64,000 nt of DNA from Candidatus Nanoarchaeia archaeon (lineage in GTDB: Archaea > Nanobdellota > Nanobdellia > SCGC-AAA011-G17 > GW2011-AR17). Location of the stretch: assembly GCA_041659245.1 (NCBI GenBank), contig JBAZYQ010000001.1:4912-68911 (forward strand), read 5' to 3'. Under the pieces are notes generated by a model that had not been told where the DNA came from, made no database searches, and saw only the letters and a list, made by a program, of their open reading frames with translations. A program made the translations under genes and the position numbers. Below, piece by piece: positions 29,345 to 40,154 of the stretch (position 1 is its first letter; each line of letters starts with the position of its first letter).

Positions 29345-30832
29345 TTAAGCCGTTGTCAGAAGACAGGTGTCATTTCGTTTTCCTTTGGCTTTAAGCCCAC
29401 ATTTTTGCAGATTAGTACAAGATTCCTTATAGCTTACTATCTCTGTTACATTCAGTTTTTTAAGAACATTTAATAAACCGGTGCAATTGTTATTGTTAAA
29501 TGTGTCTGCTGCAGCAACAAGTAATTCTTGCTTTTCAATAGATACTTCATGGGTTGTCCAACCATTGGCAGTTGAAAGATTTAAGTAAATTGCGCCATAA
29601 GAATAGAATGCTCTTAAATAAGCATCTTTTGGCGGAACACCCAAGAATAAGTAAGTACCTTTAATTTGAGGCAATAATAGCATTATATCTTTAGCCAAAG
29701 GGCTATTTTCTTTGAAATAGGGAGTATGAATATGGGATAATGTAACACTTACAACAGGGAAGATTATTAAAATACCTAAAATGCCATACTTCATTAATCT
29801 ATTGATTCTATTTACGTCTATATTGAATAGGAAATAAATAATGCACATCAAAAATAGTAATAGGAATGAGTCGACATAAACTTGGTTTAAATAAGGAATA
29901 AATATCACTAGTTTTGTTATAAGCAAAACTGCCATTAAAATTACAGGCAGGAAAAAAAACTTAGTTTTATAGTTTTGTTCAGTTGATTTCCAGTATATGT
30001 AAAAGAGGAATATTAATGCAATAGATATAATAACGGCAGCTATGTTTGTCCATGCCCATTCGCTTCTAAAACTTAATGACTCACTAGTTAATGCATACTC
30101 GTATATCGTACTTTGGCTATAATCTTTCAAAAAAGGATACCACCAAAACGATGTTAATATTACTGTTATAATCGAGGATATTAATATTTTTATCTTTTCT
30201 TTGCTTATGAGAACAAAAGAAGCGAGCATGATGCCCGCCAATAATGTTTCCTGGGGGTGAGATAATATCATTATTGCAAATATAGGGATAAATAAGAGAT
30301 AGAATTTATTATCTATTTTGTGGTTTATGTACCATAAAATAATGCCTAAAAATGGAATAAAAAATACCCATGCGAAAAAATGCGGATAAGAACCAAGCCT
30401 TATAAAATTGCCTATACTTATCGGGTTTCCAAAGAATAATGCAAAAAAAGCAATTCTTTTAATTATGCTCCATTGCAGATATTTTCCGATTATGGCTATA
30501 AATATGGCAGATAAGAGATATAATACTATCATTGAAATATAAGATGCAATCTGTACATTTTTTGTAATCCAATATAATGGCAATGTAAAGAAAAACCAGC
30601 CAGGTGAATAAAACTTAAGCACTACTAGTCCCCCATACCATTCCGGAGCAATATTATGGAATCCATATTTAGCTAAAAAATGCAGCAATGTCATAAAACA
30701 ACTTGCATCATTAGCATAATCAAAAGGGAAAATAGTCATTATCTTTGCTTGGTCTATTAACCTGAAGATAATATAACTTATTAAAATTATAATAATCGGA
30801 TAAAAATATTTATCTTCAATGGTTTTTGGCAT
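29345..30832 (-). CDS. Polytopic membrane protein, GT-C-like (YfhO/PTPS-related membrane domain)
   Basis: ND...WYGG....FYSPG N-terminal loop, LSHP, LTSFWWYP, about 10 TM plus an external C-terminal domain. Confidence 0.6.
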   Translation of the reverse strand: MPKTIEDKYFYPIIIILISYIIFRLIDQAKIMTIFPFDYANDASCFMTLLHFLAKYGFHNIAPEWYGGLVVLKFYSPGWFFFTLPLYWITKNVQIASYISMIVLYLLSAIFIAIIGKYLQWSIIKRIAFFALFFGNPISIGNFIRLGSYPHFFAWVFFIPFLGIILWYINHKIDNKFYLLFIPIFAIMILSHPQETLLAGIMLASFVLISKEKIKILISSIITVILTSFWWYPFLKDYSQSTIYEYALTSESLSFRSEWAWTNIAAVIISIALIFLFYIYWKSTEQNYKTKFFFLPVILMAVLLITKLVIFIPYLNQVYVDSFLLLFLMCIIYFLFNIDVNRINRLMKYGILGILIIFPVVSVTLSHIHTPYFKENSPLAKDIMLLLPQIKGTYLFLGVPPKDAYLRAFYSYGAIYLNLSTANGWTTHEVSIEKQELLVAAADTFNNNNCTGLLNVLKKLNVTEIVSYKESCTNLQKCGLKAKGKRNDTCLLTTA

Positions 30833-30956
30833 TTTTAAAAATAATTATAACCAATTTATAAACTTTATGTCTAATAAGGATAGGTGTGCTTAGAGGCAAT
30901 TGTCAGCATGTAGATAATTAATTTGAGCTATGACTTCTACTTTTTATCTAAAATTA

Positions 30957-33668
30957 TTAACGCTTAATCTTATCTATTTCAGGATCAGGTAGTTCATCTT
31001 TATAGTATTCCGGCGGTATCTTTAGACCTTCGGGATAATCTACTTTCCATATCTTTGTAGGTCCTATAAGCCTTCCTTGGTATAAAGCAAGAGGCATTCC
31101 CGTATTCTCATCTGAATAAGCCAGTTTTATGTAAGGCCAGTCTTGGTTAAGCAGGTAAAGCTTTGCAAACAAGCCTTTATACACTTCAGGCGAGAGATAT
31201 AAGGCTGCACCCAAGGGGTTAGCTTGTCCATTGGATTCGATTGTAGGGATTATCCTTAAGCATCCTTCGAGCATATCTTTGCCTGGGAATATATATTCTT
31301 GCCCATTCAGGTAAACACATTTTAATGGCACTTTTATTTGCTGTGCATTATATACGATAACTGCTTCAGGCTGCATAATCTTCTGAGCTATTTTTGTTCC
31401 ATTTGCATCTTTAACTTCAATATTCTGTATAGGCAGAAATACTCCTGCAACTCCTGCGGCATTAGCAGGAAAGAGTTTTCCCTGATAAATAAAGTCATCA
31501 TCCAGCGGCGTTCCGCCTGCAAACAAGTATACTATTTCTTCTCTTGTTTCCCTTATCTGGTCAGGCTGCATAACCATCGTTGAAATCCATGAATATCGGT
31601 CATAATTCCTGTCTGCACCTATCGATGAATAAGCAGGATATTTGCCTATTTCATCACTGATTATAAGCAAGTATGAAACATTTTTTGATTTCATAAATTC
31701 CAATGCTTCTGTCTCATTTTGCCCAGTAAGGATATGTCTTCCAACAAAGTAGTTTATTGCTCCAAAAGCATTTCCTCCATCGCTTATAGTGGCTCTATTG
31801 GCACCCCATTGAACCCAATAGCCATAATCCCACCAATGAGCAAAGACAGCATCTTCAGGAGTGTTATCTTTAGCCCATGACATGGCATTTTGCCATTGCT
31901 GGTTAAAGCTGGGGCCCACATAGCTTGCTTGGGCGCTTACATTTTTATAAAATCCCCAGAATGTTAATCCCACCACTAAAGCAATTAAAATAAATGCAGT
32001 TATCTTATATGCCTCTTTTTTGAGCTTTTTGGCCCGTTCAAATAATTCAATAGCGCAATATCCTGCAAGAACTGCCGTTACAGGCGCAAAAATGAACAGC
32101 AGTCTTATTGCGCTTCTTGCTGCAATTATCATGATTATAAACCAGATAATCATTAAGGGAATCATTATATCTATATTTAAAACGCTTTCATTGGCTTCTT
32201 TGTTTTTGTAAATATATTTTATATATCCATATCCTAATATGCCAAAGAAAACAATCAGTGAACCAATATAAACTATCTGGGATATTGGTGTTTCACCATT
32301 GAATGTTGATGAAGCGGAGTATCTGCTCATGCTGAATAGCAGTATGAATAATGCAAATGCGCCGGTAAGTATCCAAATATTCTTTTTTTGAATGGTCTTA
32401 ATCTTGCTTATTAAAACATAAAACATCAATATGGCGCCTGCAAAAAACAGCCACATATACAATGGTCCGAAAAAAGCTTCAAGGCTGCTGCCGCTTGAGA
32501 ACTGTCCTATCCAATCTGTAAAATAAGGCTGATGATTTTCTGCAACTGTCACCTGCCATCTGCTTGTTGCGAATGGGCTGGTTATTTGTTCATATACTTC
32601 GCGAAAAACATTTTCAATTACAGTATGCCCTTCTGTCAATAATAAGAAACCTACCCCTAACCCTATAGTTATAAGTAAAGCAAAGAATCCTAGTGGCATT
32701 TTAGCTTCAACTTTTTTTGTGAATGTGCTTAGTTTATTAACATTTAATATTATCCAGACTAATGATACCAAGAAGCCTATTAACATAACTTGAGATGTTA
32801 AGGAATTAGTAAAAGCGATAAAAGGGAATCTTGCCGGATAAAATAAATGTGCAAAAAGTATTAGCAATATCATCCAGATTGTATAGGCATAGAACTGATG
32901 CCTTTTGAATATACCCACCAGATTGCAAATTATGGTATGTACGCCTAAAGCTAGCATTATAAATATGTATCCACCCCATACGGCTGCTAATAGCCCTGAT
33001 AATATTCCTGCTAACGCTGCAAAAGGTATAAATTTTTGTGGTTTTTCTTCTTTTAATGCTGATACATAAAAATAAAGCGCTGCAAACATCAATGCAACAG
33101 CAAGGGCTTCCTTATCTGCCACTCCTGCCATTGTCCTGTAAAGGAATGCAGGCACTACTACAAGGAATGCTGTTGATATGATGGCAACCTTATGGTTAAA
33201 CATCTTTTTTACAAACAAGAAGAAAAATATTGCTGCTATGAAAAATGAGATTACAGGGTATAATATGGCTGCGTTAACCGTTGTTGCGTTTGGATTGAAT
33301 ATTTGCAGTATTTTTTGCAGATATGCAATGCAATTGGATAATATTCCAAATTCCCCCCGTGGATCAAAGCCAAAAGGATAATAACGTAATATATCATTTG
33401 CCATAATCTTGCCATGCACTGCAATATATTCTGCATATCTCAGAAAAGCATAGCTGTCAACATCAGGAAGCCATTTCCCTTGTAATAATGGCAGATTAAG
33501 AGTTCTTATGTAATATCCTAACCAAGCTATAATTACCATAATAATATAGATAATCCAATCTTTTTTTTGTTTAAATCTGCCTAAAAAGGCATCTTTTCTT
33601 TCTTGAAGCTCTTTTGTTATAGAATCAGAAGTACTTTGGGGTTCTTCTTTTAAGTCATAGTCTGTCAT
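30957..33668 (-). CDS. aglB: Archaeal oligosaccharyltransferase (STT3 family)
   Basis: DVDSY, RTMAGVADKE, TVAEN (TIXE), HWWDYGYW, DEIGK (DK motif), about 13 TM plus C-terminal soluble domain. Confidence 0.97.
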   Translation of the reverse strand: MTDYDLKEEPQSTSDSITKELQERKDAFLGRFKQKKDWIIYIIMVIIAWLGYYIRTLNLPLLQGKWLPDVDSYAFLRYAEYIAVHGKIMANDILRYYPFGFDPRGEFGILSNCIAYLQKILQIFNPNATTVNAAILYPVISFFIAAIFFFLFVKKMFNHKVAIISTAFLVVVPAFLYRTMAGVADKEALAVALMFAALYFYVSALKEEKPQKFIPFAALAGILSGLLAAVWGGYIFIMLALGVHTIICNLVGIFKRHQFYAYTIWMILLILFAHLFYPARFPFIAFTNSLTSQVMLIGFLVSLVWIILNVNKLSTFTKKVEAKMPLGFFALLITIGLGVGFLLLTEGHTVIENVFREVYEQITSPFATSRWQVTVAENHQPYFTDWIGQFSSGSSLEAFFGPLYMWLFFAGAILMFYVLISKIKTIQKKNIWILTGAFALFILLFSMSRYSASSTFNGETPISQIVYIGSLIVFFGILGYGYIKYIYKNKEANESVLNIDIMIPLMIIWFIIMIIAARSAIRLLFIFAPVTAVLAGYCAIELFERAKKLKKEAYKITAFILIALVVGLTFWGFYKNVSAQASYVGPSFNQQWQNAMSWAKDNTPEDAVFAHWWDYGYWVQWGANRATISDGGNAFGAINYFVGRHILTGQNETEALEFMKSKNVSYLLIISDEIGKYPAYSSIGADRNYDRYSWISTMVMQPDQIRETREEIVYLFAGGTPLDDDFIYQGKLFPANAAGVAGVFLPIQNIEVKDANGTKIAQKIMQPEAVIVYNAQQIKVPLKCVYLNGQEYIFPGKDMLEGCLRIIPTIESNGQANPLGAALYLSPEVYKGLFAKLYLLNQDWPYIKLAYSDENTGMPLALYQGRLIGPTKIWKVDYPEGLKIPPEYYKDELPDPEIDKIKR

Positions 33669-33770
33669 TCGTATTTATAGTCTTATGGTTTATTTAAATA
33701 GTTTTTGTTTTGATATTCATATATGGGCTTAAAATCATTATTTAAAATTAATGCTAATCCTTGAATTTTA

Positions 33771-34433
33771 TCACTTTTTATGGATAAATAAGATTATAAC
33801 TCCCAATAAGGGATAGGTTTTAATTTTATAATCCTTTTCTTCAGAACAATATTTTTTTAGACAGCTTTCAAGAGATTTTTTTGAAAAAAATACTAATGAG
33901 GTCCATGGCCAAAATCTGTTTAATATTTTGGGTCGTGTGATTTTATACCATAAATTGTGGTACGAAACAGTATAAGGTACGGATATAATGGCATACCCTC
34001 CTTTTTTTGTAATCTTTAGGTGTTCTTTGAGGATTTTAGCGGGGTCTGCAAAATGTTCAATTAAACCCTGACTCCAAACAACATCAAACTTTTCTTTTGT
34101 CTTTAATTTTAAGCAATTATCGTTAATAAACCTGCTATTTTGGACGTTTAATTTATTAAAATGGTTTCTACTTCTATCTAAAGATATATCTGAATAGTCT
34201 ACACCTGTTACCTTAGTAGCATAAGGTGCAACCATAGCAAGAAATGTGCTACTCCCACAACCTAATTCACAGAAATTTTCTACATTCATATATTTTTTTA
34301 AAATAGTAAAAAATCGTTTGTTGTAAAATATTCTACCAAGGTTAACAATCTTATTTATAATTAGCTTATTTCCCCAAATAGTATCCCATTCTTTTTTTTG
34401 TGCGAGCCGTTCTGCGATAAGGCTATCTGCCAT
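33771..34433 (-). CDS. Class I SAM-dependent methyltransferase
   Basis: CELGCGS, GVDYS, FDVVWSQGLIEHF, TKKGG..IISVP. Confidence 0.88.
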   Translation of the reverse strand: MADSLIAERLAQKKEWDTIWGNKLIINKIVNLGRIFYNKRFFTILKKYMNVENFCELGCGSSTFLAMVAPYATKVTGVDYSDISLDRSRNHFNKLNVQNSRFINDNCLKLKTKEKFDVVWSQGLIEHFADPAKILKEHLKITKKGGYAIISVPYTVSYHNLWYKITRPKILNRFWPWTSLVFFSKKSLESCLKKYCSEEKDYKIKTYPLLGVIILFIHKK

Positions 34434-34554
34434 TTTTAATTAAAGGTTATTGCTTCTATATAAGTTTGTCGGTATTTTGCGCTTATAAACTGATAATCCA
34501 ATTAATTTTAAAGATACAAAATGCTTTTAAATCACTTATGTTCTTTAAATCACT

Positions 34555-36090
34555 ATGAAAATAGTATTAATCTCAACTTCAACTTATCCTTCTGACCAGG
34601 GACTGCGGACAATCTCCTCATGTCTTAAGAGGGAAGGCTATGATGTTAAGATGGTTTTCATGCCAATGGCGGAGGATTATTCACTTGAATATTCAAAATC
34701 AGTTCTTGGACAGCTTAAAGAAATATGCAAGGATGCAAGGCTGATTGGGATTTCTGCTTATGCTTCAACTTCAGTAAGGGCTGAACAGCTTATAAATTAT
34801 TTAAAACAGCTTAATGTGCCTATTGTATGGGGCGGGCCTCATGCAACAATTTCTCCTGATATGTGCATAAAGCAGTGCGATATTGTCTGCAGGGGCGAGG
34901 GTGAATATGCAATGCTTGAGCTTGCAAAGAGGGTGAAAGAAGGCAAGGATTATTCTGATGTTCCAAACCTGTGGGTTAGGAAAGGCGATGAAATAATCAA
35001 GAATGAAATAAGCAATATGCCTGACTGCCTTGACTGCTTTGCTCCTCCGGACTATGACTTGGAAGACCATTACCTGCTTGAAGGAAACAAGCTTGTTCCA
35101 TTCAGGGAAAAGCACCTTAACGGCATGATATTCTTCATGACAACAAGGGGCTGCCCGAATGCGTGCGCCTACTGCTGCAATCATCTTTACAGGCAATTGT
35201 ATCACGGGCACGGCAAATTATTAAGAAGTTACAGCATAGATTATGTAATCAAAGAGCTTCAAAGGCTAAGGGACAAATTTCCTTCGGTTGGCGTATTTGA
35301 CATTCGCGATGAAACATTTTTTGCAAGGCCGCTTTCAGAAATAAAGGAATTTGCAGAAAGATACCAAAAAGAAGTAGGTGTAAGGTGGAAGTGCCTTGCA
35401 GATCCAACAACGATGAGCGAGGAAAAGCTTCAGCTGCTTGTTGACGCAGGGCTTACTGACATAATCATCGGAATACAGTCAGGTTCTGACAGGATAAACC
35501 TGGAGATTTATAAGAGATTCATCAAGAGAGAGCAGGTTTTGAAGGCTGCAAAGATTGCAAATAAGTTTAAGGGAAAGCTCGCAGTGATGTATGACATAAT
35601 AACAACAAATCCTTATGAGAATCCTGAGGATGTTTTGGATTCAATAAACCTGCTGCGCGAGATACCAAAGCCATATTTCCTGTCTGTGAATAATCTTGTT
35701 TTCTTTCTTGGAACTCCACTTTATGAAAAGGCAATTGCAGACGGCATTATAAAATCAAAAAAAGACTCTGCCTCTCATTTGAATTATTGGGACAGGTGGA
35801 ACCACATAAAACTGAAGAAGAAGAATGCCTACCTTAATCTCATATTAAATCTGATGAGGGGGCCTGTCACAGACAAGAGATATGGGATAATACCTGCTCC
35901 TTTGCTGAATAAGCTGATATCCAAGAAAGCAGTTGATTATAACCTGAAGCATAATATTCCTACATATACTGCAGGGCAGTTTGTGCAGGCTGGGGATTAT
36001 TTCAGGGAGCACGTTGCAAAGCCGCTTTACAGGAACATGCTTCCGACTTCTGTCAAGGTATGGTATGATAAGGTTAGATATAGGGTATAG
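34555..36090 (+). CDS. Cobalamin-binding radical SAM protein (#5)
   Basis: WGGPHAT, GEGE, TRGCPNACAYC, GIQSG, FLGTPL. Confidence 0.92.
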   Translation: MKIVLISTSTYPSDQGLRTISSCLKREGYDVKMVFMPMAEDYSLEYSKSVLGQLKEICKDARLIGISAYASTSVRAEQLINYLKQLNVPIVWGGPHATISPDMCIKQCDIVCRGEGEYAMLELAKRVKEGKDYSDVPNLWVRKGDEIIKNEISNMPDCLDCFAPPDYDLEDHYLLEGNKLVPFREKHLNGMIFFMTTRGCPNACAYCCNHLYRQLYHGHGKLLRSYSIDYVIKELQRLRDKFPSVGVFDIRDETFFARPLSEIKEFAERYQKEVGVRWKCLADPTTMSEEKLQLLVDAGLTDIIIGIQSGSDRINLEIYKRFIKREQVLKAAKIANKFKGKLAVMYDIITTNPYENPEDVLDSINLLREIPKPYFLSVNNLVFFLGTPLYEKAIADGIIKSKKDSASHLNYWDRWNHIKLKKKNAYLNLILNLMRGPVTDKRYGIIPAPLLNKLISKKAVDYNLKHNIPTYTAGQFVQAGDYFREHVAKPLYRNMLPTSVKVWYDKVRYRV

Positions 36091-36099
36091 TTTTATTCT

Positions 36100-36750
36100 T
36101 TACTCTTTTTCTGCAACAATAATCATCTCTTTTTGGTTGCGCAGATATCCGCTAGATTTCAGAACAGCCATTGCAAAAGGCAATGGGAGTTTATAAAATA
36201 GAGAAAATCCAAAGGCATAATTGAATTTGGCAATCTTCACTTTGAATCCCACCGTATGCAATAAAGCCCATATTGCTGAGACTGTCCAGGCATACAAATG
36301 CCATGCTTTAAAATCAGGGGCTTTTATGCCTTCATTTTTGTTAGCCGGAAGTACAAGCACAAGTTTGCCTCCTTTTTTCAATACGCGAAGAAATTCTCTT
36401 AAATAATAAGCCGGCTCTTCCAAATGTTCAAGCACATGACAGCAAATTATACCCTCAATTGAACCTGAATCTATCTTTTTTATATCTTTTATTACATTTA
36501 TCCCTTTCTTTTTACATTGTTTTATTGCAAAATTGCTTATATCAATACCTGTTGAATTTTTCTTATGCATGAAAATATTTTGCCCCATGCCGCAGCCAAA
36601 TTCAATAAACTTTCCGTTTTTGCTGTTTTCAAAATACTTCCAATAAATTTTGTCAGCATATCTGGCACGAAACAGATAATATTTGATGTCACTAAGAAGC
36701 TTTTTATGGAACATACTATGGTAACTTTCTTCATATTTATTATTTTTCAT
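36100..36750 (-). CDS. Class I SAM-dependent methyltransferase
   Basis: IEFGCGMG, GIDIS, HVLEH, LKKGG.LVLVLP, HLYAW (similar layout to 24109-24789). Confidence 0.88.
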   Translation of the reverse strand: MKNNKYEESYHSMFHKKLLSDIKYYLFRARYADKIYWKYFENSKNGKFIEFGCGMGQNIFMHKKNSTGIDISNFAIKQCKKKGINVIKDIKKIDSGSIEGIICCHVLEHLEEPAYYLREFLRVLKKGGKLVLVLPANKNEGIKAPDFKAWHLYAWTVSAIWALLHTVGFKVKIAKFNYAFGFSLFYKLPLPFAMAVLKSSGYLRNQKEMIIVAEKE

Positions 36751-36876
36751 CTTATTATTTGAGTTGAGTATCTTTAAATGCTTTTCGTGGATATGTACAT
36801 CTACTTAAACCCGATTTAAGTTCTGTGTTGCTTAATGACAAATATTTATAAATCGTAGACATCTCCCTTTTAGGGT

Positions 36877-38691
36877 ATGGACATAGAATCCCATGAAGAT
36901 AAAGGTGTAATCTCATCTTGCAAGCAAGGCAATGCTTTTTCAGAAATCAAAAAAGACAAGCTTTTGCTTTCCCTATTTTTAATCCTAATCCTACTGGGCA
37001 TAGCTGTAAGATTTGTTTATCCTACCGAACCCGGACTTTGGAATGATGATATGAGTACTGTTCCAACTGCTGTAATGTGGTTTTATCCTCATGATTATTA
37101 TCCTGGTTTATCTGCTCAGGGTGAGCCTGCTTTAAGTAATTATATCATCGGAAAATCCTGTATGCTTTCCGGACAAGATTTCTCTAATGTTTCTAAAATC
37201 AATCCAGTCTGGTTTCCGGATAGAGCTGTTTTACTGGGCAAGGCTATGTCTTTATCAGAAGATTATTGCAGGATTCCGATGTATATCTTTGGTTTATTAT
37301 TCTTAATAGTTATAACTATCTTAAGTTTTATGCTACTTGACAAATATTCTGCATTATATACTATCTCCTTTTTTTCGTTTTATCCTTCTGTATTGCAACT
37401 TAGCAGGTGGATACGCGGAGATATAATCTTATACACTTTTTTAGTTCTAGGGTTAATATTTCTTTGGAAGTTTTATATTTCTCCTAAATATTCTAAACGT
37501 GAGATTGTCTTTTTCATTATATCGATGGCTTGGTTTGCACTATCCTTGGGCACCAAACTGCCTGCTGCAGTCTATGCTTTATTTGCTTTTTTAGTCATGC
37601 TGGAAAAATACAAGGAAGTTATTTTTTTAGGAATAGAAAAGGCAAAAGGCTGGTTGGGGCTGACTTTTAAAACTAATTTCGGAAGCAACGAAAAGCCTCG
37701 TCCGTTTAGAGTTTTTGTTTTAGCAGTTTCTTCCTTAGTTGCTTATATTCTGATGCTGCTTCCCCCCTATGAATTTGATTTGAAAAACATATGGCTCGTA
37801 ATTCAAATGTACAGGCGTACTGCCGGTTCCATGGGGGAATTTACACTTAATCTGGATATAGGGTCTACTTTTTATGAATTTGTTCTTAATATAAATGTTA
37901 TTGATATTTTTCTCTTGCTCGGGGCGATATATATATTTATAGCCTTATTGTTAAAAACCAAGGACAAGAATGAAAAATTTATATTTATGCTGATATTGCT
38001 TTTTATCTTTATGTCTATGATTTTTCCGACAATATCCCTACTCAGGATTTTTACGAGTTTTGCATTCGGATTGATATTTTTGATGTCTCTTGTGTTGTCT
38101 TCTAAGCATTATTCTTTGTCAGGAATTTTAAAATTAAACAGCAAAACTACTAGGAGATTATACTTAATTATACTGGTTATATACATTTTTATCTCGGCAT
38201 ATATAACTTTTTCTTCTTCGCCATACTTTTTGCATCAAAATAGCATTATCTGTGCAATTACGGATTGCGTTCCTTTAGGATATGGGGATTATGCCGGGTC
38301 ACAAGCAGGGGAATATGCGAGTAATCTTCTTAAAAATAATAGTGAAGATACCTTTGAGATACTTGAACGAAATCAGCTGATATATTATTATGCTATGTCT
38401 GAACAACATTACTTAGCATGGGCATTTAGAGAATCATTTAAACAGCAAACAGGAAGGGCACGTAATATACAAAATATACTCACTTATTATCATCCCTATA
38501 ATCGGACTGTAAGATATTTATTTATAGATCCGAATTATAATTATCCTAGCGAATATGGCTATCCTGATGAATCTAGAGATTATATTGAAGCATTAAAATT
38601 AGATTATATACCTAATGACAAAATAGTATTAAAACATGGTTTTGAAGCATTTTGGGTATATGATTTAAAGAATTTGCAAAAAAGAATATAA
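36877..38691 (+). CDS. GT-C (PMT/ArnT-like) membrane glycosyltransferase candidate
   Basis: RF......LWNDD, GEPAL, R.P, SRWIRGD, LGTK, about 11 TM plus external C-terminal domain; TTTATAAA at 36845-36852. Confidence 0.75.
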   Translation: MDIESHEDKGVISSCKQGNAFSEIKKDKLLLSLFLILILLGIAVRFVYPTEPGLWNDDMSTVPTAVMWFYPHDYYPGLSAQGEPALSNYIIGKSCMLSGQDFSNVSKINPVWFPDRAVLLGKAMSLSEDYCRIPMYIFGLLFLIVITILSFMLLDKYSALYTISFFSFYPSVLQLSRWIRGDIILYTFLVLGLIFLWKFYISPKYSKREIVFFIISMAWFALSLGTKLPAAVYALFAFLVMLEKYKEVIFLGIEKAKGWLGLTFKTNFGSNEKPRPFRVFVLAVSSLVAYILMLLPPYEFDLKNIWLVIQMYRRTAGSMGEFTLNLDIGSTFYEFVLNINVIDIFLLLGAIYIFIALLLKTKDKNEKFIFMLILLFIFMSMIFPTISLLRIFTSFAFGLIFLMSLVLSSKHYSLSGILKLNSKTTRRLYLIILVIYIFISAYITFSSSPYFLHQNSIICAITDCVPLGYGDYAGSQAGEYASNLLKNNSEDTFEILERNQLIYYYAMSEQHYLAWAFRESFKQQTGRARNIQNILTYYHPYNRTVRYLFIDPNYNYPSEYGYPDESRDYIEALKLDYIPNDKIVLKHGFEAFWVYDLKNLQKRI

Positions 38692-38738
38692 CACTTATCT
38701 CCAATAAATTAATATTTAAAAATATATCTTAAGCATAT

Positions 38739-40154
38739 TCACTTTAATATAAACTTAATAAAGCCCATTCCGCTGTTCAATACTTTCTTTCTAATCTTCG
38801 GATGCTTTAGTTTCCCCAGATATTTCACTATAATCCTTGGTCTTATATAAAATGCCATCCATGCCCTTTTATAATATTTCTCAAGCTCTTCCTTTGTAAG
38901 CCCGTGCGGCACGAAATTATCTGCATTAAACATATTTGTTTTTTTCCAATCCTTATCAAATGTTCCATATTTATCTGCCAAATTATATGCGGCTGCTCCG
39001 GGGAGAGGCGTGAAACAGGTAATATGGAAATCAGTAAGCGGGATTTTTCTTATAAATCTCAGCGTTTCTTCAATTGTTTCCTTTGTTTCACCGAAATTAC
39101 CCAGCATAAAGAGCCCCTTGACATCCATTCCTGCCTTCCTTGCCATTTTTATTGCTTCTTCAATTTGTTCTTTTTTTACTCCTTTGTTAAGTATATCAAG
39201 AATCTTTTGTGAGCCGCTTTCACACCCAAAGTTTATCTGCCAGCATCCTGCTTTATTCATTAGCTTTAGCAGTTCCGCATCAATAGTGTCCACGCGCCCC
39301 AGGCATGACCATGTTATATCAATCTTTTCGTTGATTATCCTTTCGCATATCTCTTTTAACCTTTTTTTGAACAGTAAAAAATTATCATCTTCAATGAAAA
39401 GCTCTTTGATACCATAATCCTGCTGCAATTTTTTAATCATTCTGATTACATAATCTGCGCTATAACATCGACATAAGTTTCCAAAAACACTCCTGTCGCA
39501 AAATATGCACTGCCCTGTGCATCCTCTTGAAGTGATAAGCAATGTTGCGGGATACCTGTGCATTGTATCTGCAGCGGGCTGGTAGTATTTAACAAGATTA
39601 GGCAGCATATCCCATGCGGGAAATGGTAGCCTATCCAAATCCATAATCGGCTTTCTTTTGCCTGTGAATATAATCTTGTCTTTTTCACGAATTATGAGCC
39701 CCTGGATTTTGTCGATACTTTTTCCTTCATCAAGAGTATCAAGCAGTTCCAGGATTGTATCTTCAGCTTCCCCTACCACGCCTATTTCAAAGACAGGGAA
39801 TATATTCATTGTTTGTTCAGGCACTGCAGTTATATGCGGTCCGCCAAGAATTATCCTTATTTTAGAATTAGCTTTATGCACTCCTTCTGCAACTTCTGCT
39901 GCAGTATAAACAGACATTGTTGTGGAAGTGATTCCCAGATAATCCGGTTTTTCCGCTATAATTGCATCTATTGTTTCTTTAATTGTCATTTTTAGGGCAA
40001 GGGCATCAATTATTTTTGTGTTATACCCCTTATCTTTTGTAACTGCCGCAAGAATAGCGAGTCCCAAAGGTGGTAGTTCGCTTCCTGCATCTCCCAACTC
40101 GTTATATAATTCGCTTAAGTTTTGAGGCGGATTAAGAAAAACTATTTTGCTCAT
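38739..40154 (-). CDS. Cobalamin-binding radical SAM protein (#6)
   Basis: PPLGLAILAA, GGPHIT, GEAE, SRGCTGQCIFC, GCESG, TPLPG; ATGA-coupled to the upstream GT2. Confidence 0.92.
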   Translation of the reverse strand: MSKIVFLNPPQNLSELYNELGDAGSELPPLGLAILAAVTKDKGYNTKIIDALALKMTIKETIDAIIAEKPDYLGITSTTMSVYTAAEVAEGVHKANSKIRIILGGPHITAVPEQTMNIFPVFEIGVVGEAEDTILELLDTLDEGKSIDKIQGLIIREKDKIIFTGKRKPIMDLDRLPFPAWDMLPNLVKYYQPAADTMHRYPATLLITSRGCTGQCIFCDRSVFGNLCRCYSADYVIRMIKKLQQDYGIKELFIEDDNFLLFKKRLKEICERIINEKIDITWSCLGRVDTIDAELLKLMNKAGCWQINFGCESGSQKILDILNKGVKKEQIEEAIKMARKAGMDVKGLFMLGNFGETKETIEETLRFIRKIPLTDFHITCFTPLPGAAAYNLADKYGTFDKDWKKTNMFNADNFVPHGLTKEELEKYYKRAWMAFYIRPRIIVKYLGKLKHPKIRKKVLNSGMGFIKFILK

